Positions 1 to 9,061 of a stretch of 64,000 nt of DNA are shown in pieces. How positions within the stretch are numbered: position 1 is the first letter of the stretch; each line of letters begins with the position of its first letter. Under the pieces are notes generated by a model that was not told the origin of the DNA, did not search any database, and saw only the letters and a program-made list of their open reading frames with translations. The translations under genes were made by a program, and so were the position numbers. The stretch is from Candidatus Eiseniibacteriota bacterium (lineage in GTDB: Bacteria > Eisenbacteria > RBG-16-71-46 > CAZAMP01). The stretch lies in contig OZ245046.1 in NCBI GenBank assembly GCA_965224245.1, positions 448,001-512,000 of the forward strand, written 5' to 3'.

Positions 1-67
1 TCCACAGGCGTTCTCGCACATCGGGGTCGTCGAGGCCGCGTTGCGGCTGGGCTGAGCGGGCGGTCGG

Positions 68-1339
68 TCACTTCTGATGGCACTGGATGCACAGGTCCAT
101 CGCGGGATCCTTCGGCAGGTACTTCTCGAAGTCGGCGCCGTGGAGCTGGTGGCAGCTCAGGCAGGTGACCGGCGATCCGTTGCGCGGGTCGATCACGTCG
201 GGGCCCACGGGATGAGACGTTCGATGCGCACCTTCGTGGCATCGCGCACACAGGTCCACGTCGAGCGTGCGCAGATACCTCGGATTCGCGGCTCCGTGCG
301 GCGAGTGACACTCGCTGCACGCGACACCCGGATGCGTCATCATGTCGCTCGCCTTCCCGGAGGTGGTGGCGGTCGTCGCGGCATCACCGGCGCGAGGGGC
401 GTCGAAGTGACACTTCGTGCAGAGGGTGCTCTGGCTCGCGGCCAGGAGATCGCTCACGGCTGACGTGTGCGGGTTGTGACAGTTCTGGCACGATCGCTCG
501 AGGTCGAGATGACCGTGGAACGGCTCGTCGAGCGACGCCCGGATGCCCGTATGACACGTTGTGCAGAGCTCGGTGATGTCGGAGGTGACGGCGAAGGTGT
601 CGTCGTCACGAGCCGGGCCATGGCATCCCGCGCAGTTGCCTGCCGCGAAGGGCTCGTGCTGATTCGGCCGGAGAAGACCGGATTCCGACGAGGCGTGGGG
701 ATCGTGGCAGGCGGCGCAGTTCGCGCTCGCGAGGTTGCGCCCGTCGTGAGCCACCACGAAGCCGTCGTCGGCGTCGTGACAGTCGAGGCAGACCGCGGAC
801 ACCCGATCCCGAAGCAGGCTCGGCTCGCCGCTCCCGTGGGGTGCGTGGCATCCGGTGCAATCCCCGTCGTCGACCGGCGGGTGCACGACCGCCGATGCGA
901 GCCAGGCCCCGACCTGCGTGTGACAGTCGGCGCAGAGCGTGGGAGGGGCCTCGCGCAAGAGCGCCGCCCGGTCGGCCGCGTGGGGCTCGTGGCACGCCGT
1001 GCACTGACCGTGGGACGCCGGGGCGTGCACCGATTTCCGAGACAGCGACTCCGCCACGTCGTCGTGACAGCCCGTGCACAGCTCCGCCTGGTTCCTCGCG
1101 AGAAGCGCCGCGTGCCGCGAGGCGTGTGGGTTGTGACAGCCCGAGCACGTGCCGTCTCCGAACGGCGCGTGGACGTGAACTCCGTTCCGCGCCTGGTCGA
1201 TCGAGGAGTGACACTCGAGGCAGACCGTGGGCTCGTTCACGGGGGCCAGGCCCGACTGGGCCGCGGCGCTCGGCTCTGCGCCGGCGACCACGAGCACGCC
1301 GATCCCGACCAGTCGGATCCATCCGCGACGAAACCTCAT
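68..1339 (-). CDS. 16-heme c-type cytochrome (paired-CXXCH repeat family), Sec signal; probable GSU2494-like member of the omcS-companion cluster
   Basis: 16 CXXCH motifs counted. ATG at 1339 overlaps the upstream TGA (ATGA) and follows GGAGG. Hydrophobic signal ends AAA-Q. Confidence 0.92.
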   Translation of the reverse strand: MRFRRGWIRLVGIGVLVVAGAEPSAAAQSGLAPVNEPTVCLECHSSIDQARNGVHVHAPFGDGTCSGCHNPHASRHAALLARNQAELCTGCHDDVAESLSRKSVHAPASHGQCTACHEPHAADRAALLREAPPTLCADCHTQVGAWLASAVVHPPVDDGDCTGCHAPHGSGEPSLLRDRVSAVCLDCHDADDGFVVAHDGRNLASANCAACHDPHASSESGLLRPNQHEPFAAGNCAGCHGPARDDDTFAVTSDITELCTTCHTGIRASLDEPFHGHLDLERSCQNCHNPHTSAVSDLLAASQSTLCTKCHFDAPRAGDAATTATTSGKASDMMTHPGVACSECHSPHGAANPRYLRTLDVDLCARCHEGAHRTSHPVGPDVIDPRNGSPVTCLSCHQLHGADFEKYLPKDPAMDLCIQCHQK

Positions 1340-3354
1340 CGGGAGCCTCCCTCTGCCCCCGTCGGGCGATGGCACGACTCGCAGGATCCGCTCTCGAACG
1401 GCTCGTGCGTGAGGGTCTGGAACAGGCTCTCCGACGCGGACGCGTGCGGATCGTGGCACGCGCGGCAATCCAGTACCGATCCCGGCTGACCCATGTGAGC
1501 GGCCCGGAACCCGTCGTCGTCGCCGTCGTGACAGTCCAGGCATTGATCGGGAATGGCCTCGACCAGAAGCGAGGGCTCGGGGCTCCGGTGCGGCTGGTGG
1601 CAGGCGAGGCAGTCGCCGTCCTCCGCCGGGGCGTGTCGATGGGCCGCGTCCATGTGAGCCTCGAGATCCCCGTGACAGTTGAAGCACAGGCGCCGGGGCT
1701 CGTCCAGGAGGAGCGATGCGATGCGGCTCGTGTGCGGCTGATGGCAATCGGTGCAGGCGCCGTCGCCGAACGGGGCATGGGTCGTGCCGCCCGTGCCGGA
1801 GTCGGCGGCGTCGAGATCGTCGTGGCAGCCTCCGCACAGCTCGCGCTGGGTGCTGGCCAGAAGCCCGTCGTGTCGGGAGGCGTGAGGTTCGTGACACGAG
1901 TCACATTCGGAGTCTCCGAATGGAACGTGCACCTCGGTGACGGTCTCGTCCTCGACCAGCGACGCATGACACGTCATGCAGATCTCGTTGCGGTCCTCTC
2001 GCAGGAGCGAGGCGCGCTCGCCGGCATGGGGCGAGTGGCACGCCGTGCACCGGCCGATCTTGACCGGGACGTGCGTGACCTTGTCGGCGAGCCAGTCGTC
2101 GGCATCGTCGTGACACACCGCGCAGAGCTCGTAGCCGTTCGTGCGCGTCAGCTTCGGGTGGTCCGATCCGTGCGGCGTATGGCAGTCGAGACAGTCTCCG
2201 GCCTCGAACGGCGGATGCACCAGGGAGGCCTCGGTCTCGTGGCGCTGGTCGTCGTGACAGCCGAGGCACAACTCGCCCACGTCGCCGGCGATCAGCTTTC
2301 GTGACGCCTGGCCGTGCGCGTCGTGGCAGGCCAGGCAGTCCTCGCGGGCCGGGGGATGTCGGGAGGACCTGTCCAGCTCGGCGGGGAGATCGTCGTGACA
2401 GTCCACGCAGAGATCGCGCGCGGGTGCCCGTAGTAGCGCGAGCCGGCTCGAGCCGTGGGGTGAGTGGCAATCGAGGCACATCCCGTCGGCCACCGGATCG
2501 TGGGTGCCCGGGGGCGCAACGTCGGTCTCGTCGTGGCACTCGAGGCAGATGGCATTGGGTTCGCCCTCCGCCAGTGCGAACGGCTCGGCCCCGTCGGGAG
2601 CGCCATGGCACATCTCGCAGTCTCCGCTCGACACCGGATCGTGAATCGATCGCGTGAAGAGCTCGGGAGTCGGCGACGAGTGGGGCGCGTGGCAGATCGC
2701 GCAGTCCCGATCCGCAACGGGATAGCCGGCGTGAGCGTCCACGAACGACGAGGAGGACAGCTCGTGGCAGCTCGCGCAGAGTGCGTCCTGCTCGCTGACG
2801 AGAAGACCCGGGTGCTGGCCGCTGTGAACCTCGTGACACGAGAAGCAGCCGTTCTCCAGCGGGGCATGGCGATGCGCCGCCGAGAACGGCTCGCGCTCGT
2901 GACACCCGAAGCACAGCTGCTCGACGTCGGCGACGAGGAGCCCCTCCTGATCGCTCGCGTGTGGATCGTGGCAGGCGCCACAGTCGCCGTCGGCCACCGG
3001 TGCGTGGACGACCGGTGCGTCGAGGTCGACCGATTCCGCGTGGCAACGCGCGCACAGGGCGGCGCCGTCGTCGAGAAGACGGAGCGCCCCCACGAGCCCG
3101 TGCGGCTTGTGACAGGCCTTGCACTCGTTGTCCGCGACGGGTCGGTGGCGATGCCGGCCCTCGAACTCCTTCGGGTCGTGGCACTTCTGGCAGGAGCCGG
3201 AGGACGAGAAGCGGCGTCCCTTCTCGATCTGGGCCGACGCGCCGAGCGGCGTCGCGAGCAGCACGGCGAGCGCGAGCAGCCCGCCGGTCGTCGCACGTGC
3301 GAGCCACTCGACCGATCGCGTCCGGTGCGTCTGTCGCTTCTCGAGTTCGATCAT
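1336..3354 (-). CDS. 26-heme c-type cytochrome (paired-CXXCH repeat family), Sec signal; probable GSU2495-like
   Basis: 26 CXXCH motifs counted, arranged as repeated HxP..CxxCHxPH..LL..LCxxCH modules. Signal peptide ends ASA-Q. Confidence 0.93.
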   Translation of the reverse strand: MIELEKRQTHRTRSVEWLARATTGGLLALAVLLATPLGASAQIEKGRRFSSSGSCQKCHDPKEFEGRHRHRPVADNECKACHKPHGLVGALRLLDDGAALCARCHAESVDLDAPVVHAPVADGDCGACHDPHASDQEGLLVADVEQLCFGCHEREPFSAAHRHAPLENGCFSCHEVHSGQHPGLLVSEQDALCASCHELSSSSFVDAHAGYPVADRDCAICHAPHSSPTPELFTRSIHDPVSSGDCEMCHGAPDGAEPFALAEGEPNAICLECHDETDVAPPGTHDPVADGMCLDCHSPHGSSRLALLRAPARDLCVDCHDDLPAELDRSSRHPPAREDCLACHDAHGQASRKLIAGDVGELCLGCHDDQRHETEASLVHPPFEAGDCLDCHTPHGSDHPKLTRTNGYELCAVCHDDADDWLADKVTHVPVKIGRCTACHSPHAGERASLLREDRNEICMTCHASLVEDETVTEVHVPFGDSECDSCHEPHASRHDGLLASTQRELCGGCHDDLDAADSGTGGTTHAPFGDGACTDCHQPHTSRIASLLLDEPRRLCFNCHGDLEAHMDAAHRHAPAEDGDCLACHQPHRSPEPSLLVEAIPDQCLDCHDGDDDGFRAAHMGQPGSVLDCRACHDPHASASESLFQTLTHEPFESGSCESCHRPTGAEGGSR

Positions 3355-3370
3355 CTCGTTGCCCGGTCGA

Positions 3371-5068
3371 TCACGATTTGTCGCCGAGATAGGCCGTGAT
3401 CGCCGCCTCGTCGATCACGATCTCCGAGCGCTCACGCAGGAGGTCGAGGTGCCGGTCGAGCGCTTCGTTGAACTTCCGCCGGAACATGACCTGCCGGATC
3501 GGCATCTCGACGTCGTCCAGAGCCTTCACCCGCCCCGGTCGCTTGCCGAGCACCTTGAACACGAGCCATCCGTGATCCACGTCCAGCGCATCGCTGGTCC
3601 CACCGACGGGGAGTCGCGCGATCTCGTCCCGGATCGCGTCGGAGAAGAGGGACTCGGACACCCACCTGGGCTCGGACTGCAGCCCCTCGGTCTCCGAGCT
3701 CACGTACTGGCGCTCGACGTACGAGAAGTCGGCGCCGTCTCGCAGACGCGCCGCGATCTCGCGGGCCTCCTCCTCGAAGTCGGTCGTGATCGTAGCCAGT
3801 TGGACCTCGTCGCCCTCGCGAAAGTCGTCCTGGTGAGACTCGTAATACTCCTGGAACTCCTGCCGGTTGAACACGATCTTCGAGGCCACGGTCTCCTGGA
3901 GGTAGCTCTCGATCAGCGCCTGCTCGAGGTCGCGCTCGTAGAGCTCCACGATCTCGGGCACGTCCATGAAACCCGCCTCCTCGGCGGCCCGCGCGAGGAC
4001 GAGGTCCTCGGTCAGGTCGTCGATCGTGGCCCGGAGGTGTGTCGCGAACGGGATCCGGGAGTCGGCGAGCGCCTGGTGTGCCACCGCCGCCCGGAGCTCG
4101 GTCTCGGTCACGCCCTCACCGTTCTCGAAGCCCAGCGCGACGTCGTCCGATCCGCGTCGGAACTCCCCCAGGAGCACCCGGCCGGAGTCGGCGGCCACGC
4201 GCTCGAGCACGGGGGTCGAGCGCGTCACCGGAAAGCGGGTTCGATGCTCGTCCACGTACGCCGTCCAGCGGGCCTTGCCGCTCTCGGACTCCAGGTACTT
4301 CCGGATGCCCGGTGAGATGCTCTCGTACTCGTCCTCGTCGATGGGGTGCCGTTCGTCCACCCGCACGATGGAGTGGAGCGTGTTGTACGGGAACGGCTCG
4401 GAGATGTCGCCGGTGTCGAGGCCGGCGACCGCGTCCTTGACCACGGTCTCGACGTCGGCCCAGGGCTTCAGCTGGTGCCGGCCGCCGCGATAGCGGAAGC
4501 TGTCCCGCGAGCGCTCGACGGCCAGGCTGTCCCACGAGGCGCCGCGCACGAGCATGTCTCGGAGCTCGCGCGCCTCGGCCTCGGTGTCCACCGAGAGCTG
4601 GCTCAGCTGGATCTTCCAGAAGTACCGCTCGAAGCGCTCGCGGACCGCCGCCTCCGCGACCGGATCGGGAGGCGTCCACGTCGCGCGGACGTAGGCCCGG
4701 ACCGCGTTCCGCTGGCGTCGGTCCTGAACCGGCCCGACCACGCGCTCGTCGAGGTCGAGCTCGGTGGCCAGGGCCTGCTGCACGAGCAGCCGGTCGTTGA
4801 TGGCCTTGGTCAGCAGGCGGCTGAAGTCGAAGTCCCCCTGCCGAGTCATGTCCTCGGTGGCGTGCATCGCCATGATGGCCGAGTCGAGCATGGCGGTCGT
4901 GATCGAATCGCCGTTGACGATGGCGAGCGTGACGGGTTCGGAGGGTGTCACCCCGGGCGCGGCGGCCGGTGCGCCGGACGAGGGCGGGTCGTCGGCCCGA
5001 ACGTTCGAGGCCAGCACGACCAGGATGCCGGCCGCCGCCAGCGCCCCGCGGAGATCAAGGTGTGTCAT
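3371..5068 (-). CDS. Exported SurA/PrsA-like chaperone with two parvulin (PpiC) domains; OscH-like
   Basis: Signal peptide, LAIVNGDSIT N-domain, and two parvulin-like segments (EAEARELRDMLVRGASWDSLAVERS...GDISEP; EAREIAARLRDGADF...GGTSDAL). Confidence 0.85.
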   Translation of the reverse strand: MTHLDLRGALAAAGILVVLASNVRADDPPSSGAPAAAPGVTPSEPVTLAIVNGDSITTAMLDSAIMAMHATEDMTRQGDFDFSRLLTKAINDRLLVQQALATELDLDERVVGPVQDRRQRNAVRAYVRATWTPPDPVAEAAVRERFERYFWKIQLSQLSVDTEAEARELRDMLVRGASWDSLAVERSRDSFRYRGGRHQLKPWADVETVVKDAVAGLDTGDISEPFPYNTLHSIVRVDERHPIDEDEYESISPGIRKYLESESGKARWTAYVDEHRTRFPVTRSTPVLERVAADSGRVLLGEFRRGSDDVALGFENGEGVTETELRAAVAHQALADSRIPFATHLRATIDDLTEDLVLARAAEEAGFMDVPEIVELYERDLEQALIESYLQETVASKIVFNRQEFQEYYESHQDDFREGDEVQLATITTDFEEEAREIAARLRDGADFSYVERQYVSSETEGLQSEPRWVSESLFSDAIRDEIARLPVGGTSDALDVDHGWLVFKVLGKRPGRVKALDDVEMPIRQVMFRRKFNEALDRHLDLLRERSEIVIDEAAITAYLGDKS

Positions 5069-6143
5069 GTCGTGCCCTTTCCACGTGCATCACGATGCCG
5101 CGCACGATCTCGGCGGCCGAGGCCGCGGCCAGTCCACCCAGCGAGTGGCACCGCCCGAGCTGAAGGATTTTGTCGGAGTCACCCCCGTCACGTGAATCGT
5201 GGAAGGCCGAAACGACCTTGCCGGTCTCCGCATCGATCAGCCGGGCGCCGACCTCGAGCTCCGGCACCGACAGGGTCGGCTCACCGCGCGCCGGCTCGCA
5301 GCGCTCGACGGTGCCGGTCACGACGTACGCCAGGGCGAGATCGCCGTGGACGCTGGCCAAACCCGGGTAGTCGACGGCGCCACGGGCGGAATGGCGCCCG
5401 CTCAGGAGGATCTCGGACAGATAGCCGGGCTCGAGGACGGTGAGCCCGGCGCTCACGAGCGCCGAGGTGAGGGGCCCGGCGAACAGGCCGGCCCCGGCCG
5501 GATGCTCGGAGGCGTCGTCGAAGGCGATAACGCCCACGAGGGCGTTCGTCTTCGGGCCGTTCCGCAACTGGGTCCGCAGCGCGTCGCGGAGGCCGTCGAC
5601 CGCGCGTGACACGACGCGTTCGGCCACCGCCTCCACGTCGTCGATGCGTCCCGCGCCGAAGGCTCCGGCGAAGTCCTCGCCGGTGGCCGCCGTGCTGGCC
5701 GCCCAGGCCAGGAGACCCGTCTCCGGATCCAGCACCCGCAGCGAGATGGCCACGTCGGGGTTGGCACCGCCTTCGAAGACGTCGACCGACCCCAGGAGCA
5801 GCCGGGAGACGCCGGTCTCGTCCGCCAGCAGGCGGGCGCCGGTCGGTCCGATCCGGCCGAGGCTCCGGATCCGATGGCGCCTGAGGATCGGCCTGAGCGC
5901 CTCGTCCGACAGGAACGCGATGCCGGTGCGGGTCAGCTCGCGCCGGAGGTCGGCCATCACGACCGTGAGCGCGTCGCTCGTACCCGCATGGTTGGCGAAG
6001 GGGACGATGGCGATCTCCGCCGGCACGGAGACGTCCGGGGGCACGCCGCCGTCGGCAGCGGTCGCCCGTCCGAGCGCCGGGGCAAGGATGGCCAGGAGCG
6101 CGGCCAGCGCGCCCGTTCGCATGTAGGCTCGGAGGTGATCCAT
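5055..6143 (-). CDS. Exported protein with two tandem CsgG/LpoB-like domains (channel-like Osc component); start could be 6122
   Basis: Repeated pattern IAIVPFAN...LLGSVDVF...VAISLRVLDPETG and VGVIAFDD...VTGTVE...VGARLIDAETGKVV. Signal peptide present. Confidence 0.7.
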   Translation of the reverse strand: MDHLRAYMRTGALAALLAILAPALGRATAADGGVPPDVSVPAEIAIVPFANHAGTSDALTVVMADLRRELTRTGIAFLSDEALRPILRRHRIRSLGRIGPTGARLLADETGVSRLLLGSVDVFEGGANPDVAISLRVLDPETGLLAWAASTAATGEDFAGAFGAGRIDDVEAVAERVVSRAVDGLRDALRTQLRNGPKTNALVGVIAFDDASEHPAGAGLFAGPLTSALVSAGLTVLEPGYLSEILLSGRHSARGAVDYPGLASVHGDLALAYVVTGTVERCEPARGEPTLSVPELEVGARLIDAETGKVVSAFHDSRDGGDSDKILQLGRCHSLGGLAAASAAEIVRGIVMHVERARHDTP

Positions 6144-6150
6144 TTCACGC

Positions 6151-6741
6151 TCAGTTCACGAGTGTTCCGACGCACTTCTCGACGCAGCGGCGCGTGACCT
6201 CGCCGATCGACGGAGTTCCGGTGCCGAACAGTGATGACCAGAAGCCCCGCCCGCCTTCGGTGTGGGTCGTGGACCACACGGTCTGGCCGGTATCGGTCTC
6301 GATCATGCGCAGCGAGATCGTCACATAGTTGGACGAGGCGGATCCGGAGCGAACGGTCGCCGACTCGCCGATCGAGCCGACGAACAGGCCCTGGGCGCGC
6401 AGCTCCTTGCCGACCGCCTTGGCCTGCTCCTCGGTGATCTGCGCCCCGTCGAGGACGCCGTTGGCCGACAGGGCACGGGTCACCTCGCCGGGCTCGACCA
6501 CGTCGAACGCCTCGGTGGCCAGGAGCTCGGACACGAGATAGCGTGTCGCCCGGGCACCTGCCCCCTGATCACCCGTGAGGTTCTCGATCGAGACCACCGC
6601 CACCCGCTCCACGTAGTCGAAGTTGAAGCTCGGGTGCACGAACGTCGTCGCTCCCATGCCCGCACATCCAGCCAGGACTCCGGCCAGGACTCCGGCCAGG
6701 ATCGGCCGCGCGAGTCGAGTGTCCGAGGTCTTCCGTCTCAC
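6151..6741 (-). CDS. CsgG/LpoB-like lipoprotein
   Basis: Lipobox LAG-C; RVAVVSIENLT...LFVGSI...ISLRMIETDTGQTVWS. GTG start. Confidence 0.8.
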   Translation of the reverse strand: MRRKTSDTRLARPILAGVLAGVLAGCAGMGATTFVHPSFNFDYVERVAVVSIENLTGDQGAGARATRYLVSELLATEAFDVVEPGEVTRALSANGVLDGAQITEEQAKAVGKELRAQGLFVGSIGESATVRSGSASSNYVTISLRMIETDTGQTVWSTTHTEGGRGFWSSLFGTGTPSIGEVTRRCVEKCVGTLVN

Positions 6742-6756
6742 GGCGTTCTCCCGACG

Positions 6757-8859
6757 CTAGAAGACAATCCGGAACCCCTGCTGGAACGACACGGTCGACG
6801 TGCCGCCGACGGCGGTCTGGTCCAGGTCGACGATGCCGGCATAGAGGCTCCCGCGTGATCCCATTCCGTACGTCGTCTGGAGGCTGTAGCGCTCCGATCG
6901 CGTGCGGCCGTCCGATGTGTTGATCTGAGCCTGTGCGTTCATGCTCACCCGGGGGCTCAGGCTCCAGGCCACGAGGACGTCCCGGACGACGTCACGGCGC
7001 GTGTCGTCGGTGACGTTCAGTGACGCCCGGGAGAGTATCGTCCGCGTGAGGCGTAGGTCGAGCCCCACGCGCATCGTCGTCCGCGTGCGGACGAGGTCGT
7101 CGGACGCCCGGGTCGTCCGCTGGCGCAGCACGGAGGCATCGAGATTCAGGTCTCGCCGGAGCGCGGCGCTTCCGCCCACGCGAAACGTCCACGAATCGAG
7201 TCGCCGCGAGCCGGCGTAGTCGTGATCACGCGATCGCGCGACGTCAGCCACCATGTCCAGCCCCGTGACCGGTGTCCCCGACAGCTGGAGGCTCGCGGTG
7301 TTGTTCTCCTCCACCTTCGTGTGGTCGATGAGGCCGTGCCGGCTGCGCAGCGACATCTTCGCCCGCGCGGTCGGCAGCGGATCGACCTCGGCGGTGTAGG
7401 TCGCGGCGTGCGTCGACTGAGCCACGCGGTCGGTCCCCAGCCCGCGAAAGTCCTGCTCCCAGCGCAGCGTGTGCCGGACGATCTCGGACGGCTCGTAGAC
7501 TCCCCAGGTCGTGTAGGCGTAGTCGTCCCGGGACGCGCGTCCCACCGATGGCACGTGCCGGTACGCCGTGTCGAGCGAGAGCGTGACCGCATCGGACGCC
7601 GTGTACCGGAGACGCGCATCGGCCTGGTGGGCGTTCAGCACGTGCTCGACCGGGTCGCCGCTCCCCAGCTCCTCGAACGCCGTCACCTCGGTCACGTAGA
7701 CGGTCTCGACGACGTTGAAGCCGCCGCTGACGACCTTCACATACCGCGTCTCGACCGCGGGGAACACGATCTCGTAGCGGTTCTGGGTCGCGTTGAACAG
7801 GGTGCCGGGGAGCCCGTCCACCAGCCGCCACGAGAGGTTGTCGGCCGAGACGAAGACGCGCCAGCTGACGCCGTCACCCGATGCACGATCGGTGTAGACG
7901 TACACCGCGGCGACCCGCTGCGCGAGCCCGAGATCGACGCCGAGGTTCCGGTCGAGAGCGTCACCGCCGACGTCGATCGGGGGAGAGGTCGGCGCGTCGG
8001 TCATGCCGTCGACGAGCCCGGAGACCGTGTCGAGCGATCCGAGCTCCGGGGACGCGTCCAGGGCGTACACCCCGCGGCCGGCCGACAGCGGCACGAGGAT
8101 GACGTCGCCCGAGATCGTCTCGTCGCGGCGCCGCGTGTGCTGGTGCGTGTAGCTCCAGCTGACCCGCATGCGGTCTCTCGCGACCGGGGCCGGACGTGCG
8201 TCCCAGCGCAGGATGGACTCGAGCCGGCTGGTCCGGGCATCGGTCACCACGTTGTCCGAGCGCCGGTGCTCGAGCTGAGCGGTGATCGACTGTCGGCGGG
8301 ACACGTGATCGATGGCGCCGAGCAGCCGTCGTTCGCGCGTGTCTCGCTCGGAGGCCGCGCGATCGAAGGCCCGGCTGGCGTCGTAGCGGAGCGTCAGGAT
8401 GGGGCGCGTCTCGGCTCGGGTGCGCAGGAAGATCGACCAGTCGTCGTTGGTCACGTTCTGTGCCGCGTCGAGGGCGGTGGCCTGGCGTCGTCGCGCGTTG
8501 GCGTTCAACGTGAATCGGGGATGCGTCCAGATGATCTCGCCGCTCGGCTGGGCGTCCTCCCGCCAGAAGGTCGAGGACTCGACGTCGCGCAGGCCGAAGC
8601 GAAAGTAGGTGATGCCGAGTCGGACCTTCAGACGCGGATCGACCTGGCGGTGCCAGGCGAGCCGATGCTGCTGGCGAACGCTGGAGCGGGACTGGCCGTC
8701 GATGTCGGTCTGGACCGCCGAGACGTCGACGCTGCCGCTGAGGTTGCCCGCCGCGACGACGGGTCCCGCCGCGATCGCGAGAACGAATCCGCCGGCGAGG
8801 GCCACTGATCGCGCCGGCCGTGCCGCGCGCGACCGGGCTCGAGACCGTGGGGTACGCAT
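6757..8859 (-). CDS. Outer-membrane beta-barrel with an inserted discoidin/F5-8-like domain
   Basis: Signal peptide after ATG 8859, alternating amphipathic strands, C-terminal GFRIVF. Central insert LGVDLG...WRVFVSADNLSW...ETRYVKVV...VTEVTAF. Confidence 0.75.
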   Translation of the reverse strand: MRTPRSRARSRAARPARSVALAGGFVLAIAAGPVVAAGNLSGSVDVSAVQTDIDGQSRSSVRQQHRLAWHRQVDPRLKVRLGITYFRFGLRDVESSTFWREDAQPSGEIIWTHPRFTLNANARRRQATALDAAQNVTNDDWSIFLRTRAETRPILTLRYDASRAFDRAASERDTRERRLLGAIDHVSRRQSITAQLEHRRSDNVVTDARTSRLESILRWDARPAPVARDRMRVSWSYTHQHTRRRDETISGDVILVPLSAGRGVYALDASPELGSLDTVSGLVDGMTDAPTSPPIDVGGDALDRNLGVDLGLAQRVAAVYVYTDRASGDGVSWRVFVSADNLSWRLVDGLPGTLFNATQNRYEIVFPAVETRYVKVVSGGFNVVETVYVTEVTAFEELGSGDPVEHVLNAHQADARLRYTASDAVTLSLDTAYRHVPSVGRASRDDYAYTTWGVYEPSEIVRHTLRWEQDFRGLGTDRVAQSTHAATYTAEVDPLPTARAKMSLRSRHGLIDHTKVEENNTASLQLSGTPVTGLDMVADVARSRDHDYAGSRRLDSWTFRVGGSAALRRDLNLDASVLRQRTTRASDDLVRTRTTMRVGLDLRLTRTILSRASLNVTDDTRRDVVRDVLVAWSLSPRVSMNAQAQINTSDGRTRSERYSLQTTYGMGSRGSLYAGIVDLDQTAVGGTSTVSFQQGFRIVF

Positions 8860-8988
8860 GGCGTCACGGGACCGCGATCTCGATGGATGCGGCCGCGACC
8901 GGAACGGAGCGGCGTGTCCGGCTCCGCTCCGCGAACCGGTCCGATGGACCTCGGCTGACGATGCCAGACATGGGCTGCCCCCAGGTGT

Positions 8989-9015
8989 CGCCCGGGTCGA
9001 GAGCCGACCCGGGCG
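8989..9015 (-). other. Perfect 11-bp GC hairpin between the omcS homologue and the barrel gene (no U-tract)
   Basis: CGCCCGGGTCG-agagc-CGACCCGGGCG. Confidence 0.75.
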
Positions 9016-9061
9016 CAACGTGCGTGAAGAAGCCTCAACAAGTCGAGATTGACCCGTCGGA

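Noticed and set aside
1340-1897. Long N-terminal extensions in the ORF track (also on omcS, tadA, recA, cinA, prs, panC, glmU)
   Set aside because: Internal starts with an RBS, signal peptide or stop/start overlap fit better, so I trimmed them.
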